DNA of 35,676 nucleotides from Sphaeroforma arctica JP610 (lineage: Eukaryota): assembly GCF_001186125.1 (NCBI RefSeq), contig NW_014040332.1, positions 1 to 35,676 on the forward strand. Direction: 5' to 3'. A model generated the notes under the pieces. It searched no databases. It was not told the origin of the DNA and saw only the letters and a program-made list of their open reading frames with translations. Both the position numbers and the translations under genes were made by a program. Shown one piece after another: positions 33,974 to 35,676 of this stretch (its first letter is position 1; the number at the start of each line of letters is the position of its first letter).

Positions 33974-35676
33974 GTGACTCTGGTTCTCAACTTTTCAGTT
34001 CTCGCGTTCATCAGTGTATTTATTTCCATAGCCAACTTTTTTCAGTTGGCTACTCAAGAGTCTCATTAGACTCTCCGTTCATGAGGGGGTTTTTTTGGGT
34101 TGTTTTAGTTTTGTAAAAAAAAAAAAACACACCCAAGTGAAACCAAAAGAAATATTACACGACATTTCCAATTCCAAAATATCTAGAAATAGTTTGAAAC
34201 AAATATTTAATGTCCAGTTTTGTATTGCGTTTATTACGGATATCATGTCAATCTGGCTGTTGACTAAATAAAAATATTTAGTTAACGACAATAATAATTT
34301 ATACCAGTTTCAATCGTATTGTTTTTTGATTCTGAGGCCATGTGCAACCAACAGTAGATAGGGCAATACAAGAGGTGCAAAGCTACACGTTTGAGATATT
34401 TACGAGCTATATACAAATACACTTGGCGTTGTATTACAGTCTCCCTTTTCCCAAGGTTTATCCAGCCATGGTGAGTAAGCGTGGCGAAATTGACTGATAT
34501 GCTAATACACCTACCATCCTGCTTGCACACAACGTCACGATCTGAGGCAACCGTTCGTAGTGTAGCCGACTACCGAGGCCGTTTAAGCATGCCGAGCTAA
34601 TTCATTTGGACTATTGCACTTAAGCTCAATCCCTCGTAGTGAATACATGCCTTAACTTTAGACCTACGGATGTAAAACAGCATACTTATTCTTCGCAAAA
34701 CACATTTAGATAGGCTGCATCTCAATTCAGAAAACATACGCAACGATTGCCAGAAGCATTTCAAGCAGCAAAACATAAGTAGGTTCGGCTACAATACTTG
34801 TGCAATGCAAACACTCACATGAAGCTCACGAAAGACACTGAAATGGAGAAAGTTGAGAGTTCATCCTCTGCTCAAGAATTAGAAAATATGGCTGTGCTGC
34901 GATGTGTAAATAGCGGAAGAATAGCAATATAGTGCATGGATCACATCGTATTTCAAATCAGATACTAATGTTATATGTATTCAAGCGGTAGAGGTGGTCA
35001 GTTGCGTCAGAATACCCAGTAGTATGTAATTTGTATGGCAATATACCTGGAACACACGGCATAAACGGCGCAATCGTAGGCTGGTTAATATTGGAAGTAC
35101 CGCTTCTCTCAGTTTGTCGTGCAAATCTCTACCATCGGGATCCCAGCAATATAGCACTGTATGGTGTCGTCTCCAACGAAAATATCATTAATTGTAGATC
35201 GGTCAGAGATTTGGTTCCTTTGCATGTTAGTATCAGCGACTTACATGCGCATGTATTCTTCGTAAATTACAGACTCAGAAGCGTAGAAACAACGGACGAT
35301 CCAAGCACGGACGTGGCCACGTTAAGCCCGTCCGTTGCGATAACTGTGGACGATGCGTTCCCAAGGACAAGGCTATCAAGCGTAACCTAGTCCGTAACAT
35401 GGTAGAGGCCGCTGCCATCCGTGATCTTCAGGAGGCTTCTGTCTACGACAGTATGTTTATGTGTGGATTCAAATTTTGTTTAATTATGTAGGGTTTGTCA
35501 GCGTTTTCAAAGTTCCTGATAATAGAACTTAAATCACAGTGGTTAATATACGTGCGAAATACGCGCAACAAAGGTACACTCTACCAACATGTGTATTGTG
35601 TGATAGTCGCAGCATGGTATATTATATATATATATATATAATTATACATATACATATACATATACATACATACATA

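Noticed and set aside
33630..34080. Possible DNA-transposon terminus with gagact/agtctc subterminal repeats
   Set aside because: No matching TIR pair, target-site duplication or transposase could be identified.

Overview
Eukaryotic, intron- and microsatellite-rich draft sequence with five N gaps. No prokaryotic operon, rRNA, tRNA or CRISPR array is visible. Bases ~0.3-9.2 kb hold a + strand spliced host gene (or two genes) that the ORF track misses. Phase-compatible GT-AG exons spell a C2 domain (296-431, 1818-1927, 2957-3076) and an IPT/TIG domain (8084-8265, 9147-9222), and several splice junctions have been amplified into minisatellites. The 10-18 kb region is mostly uninterpretable AT-rich DNA. 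The 18.9-33.1 kb region is a cluster of decayed retroelements: a Ty3/Gypsy gag-PR-RT-RH remnant (-), a non-LTR RT remnant (+), a Ty3 integrase remnant (+) whose catalytic core is interrupted by TTTAGGG repeats, and a second Ty3/Gypsy pol (-). The most notable item is that second pol. Between its Ty3-type RNase H and its HHCC/D,D(35)E integrase it carries a Dam-like DNA N6-adenine methyltransferase domain (VDMFA..NA and NPPW motifs), giving RT-RH-MTase-linker-INT-(chromo-like). All domain calls are by-eye motif recognition; no searches were run.
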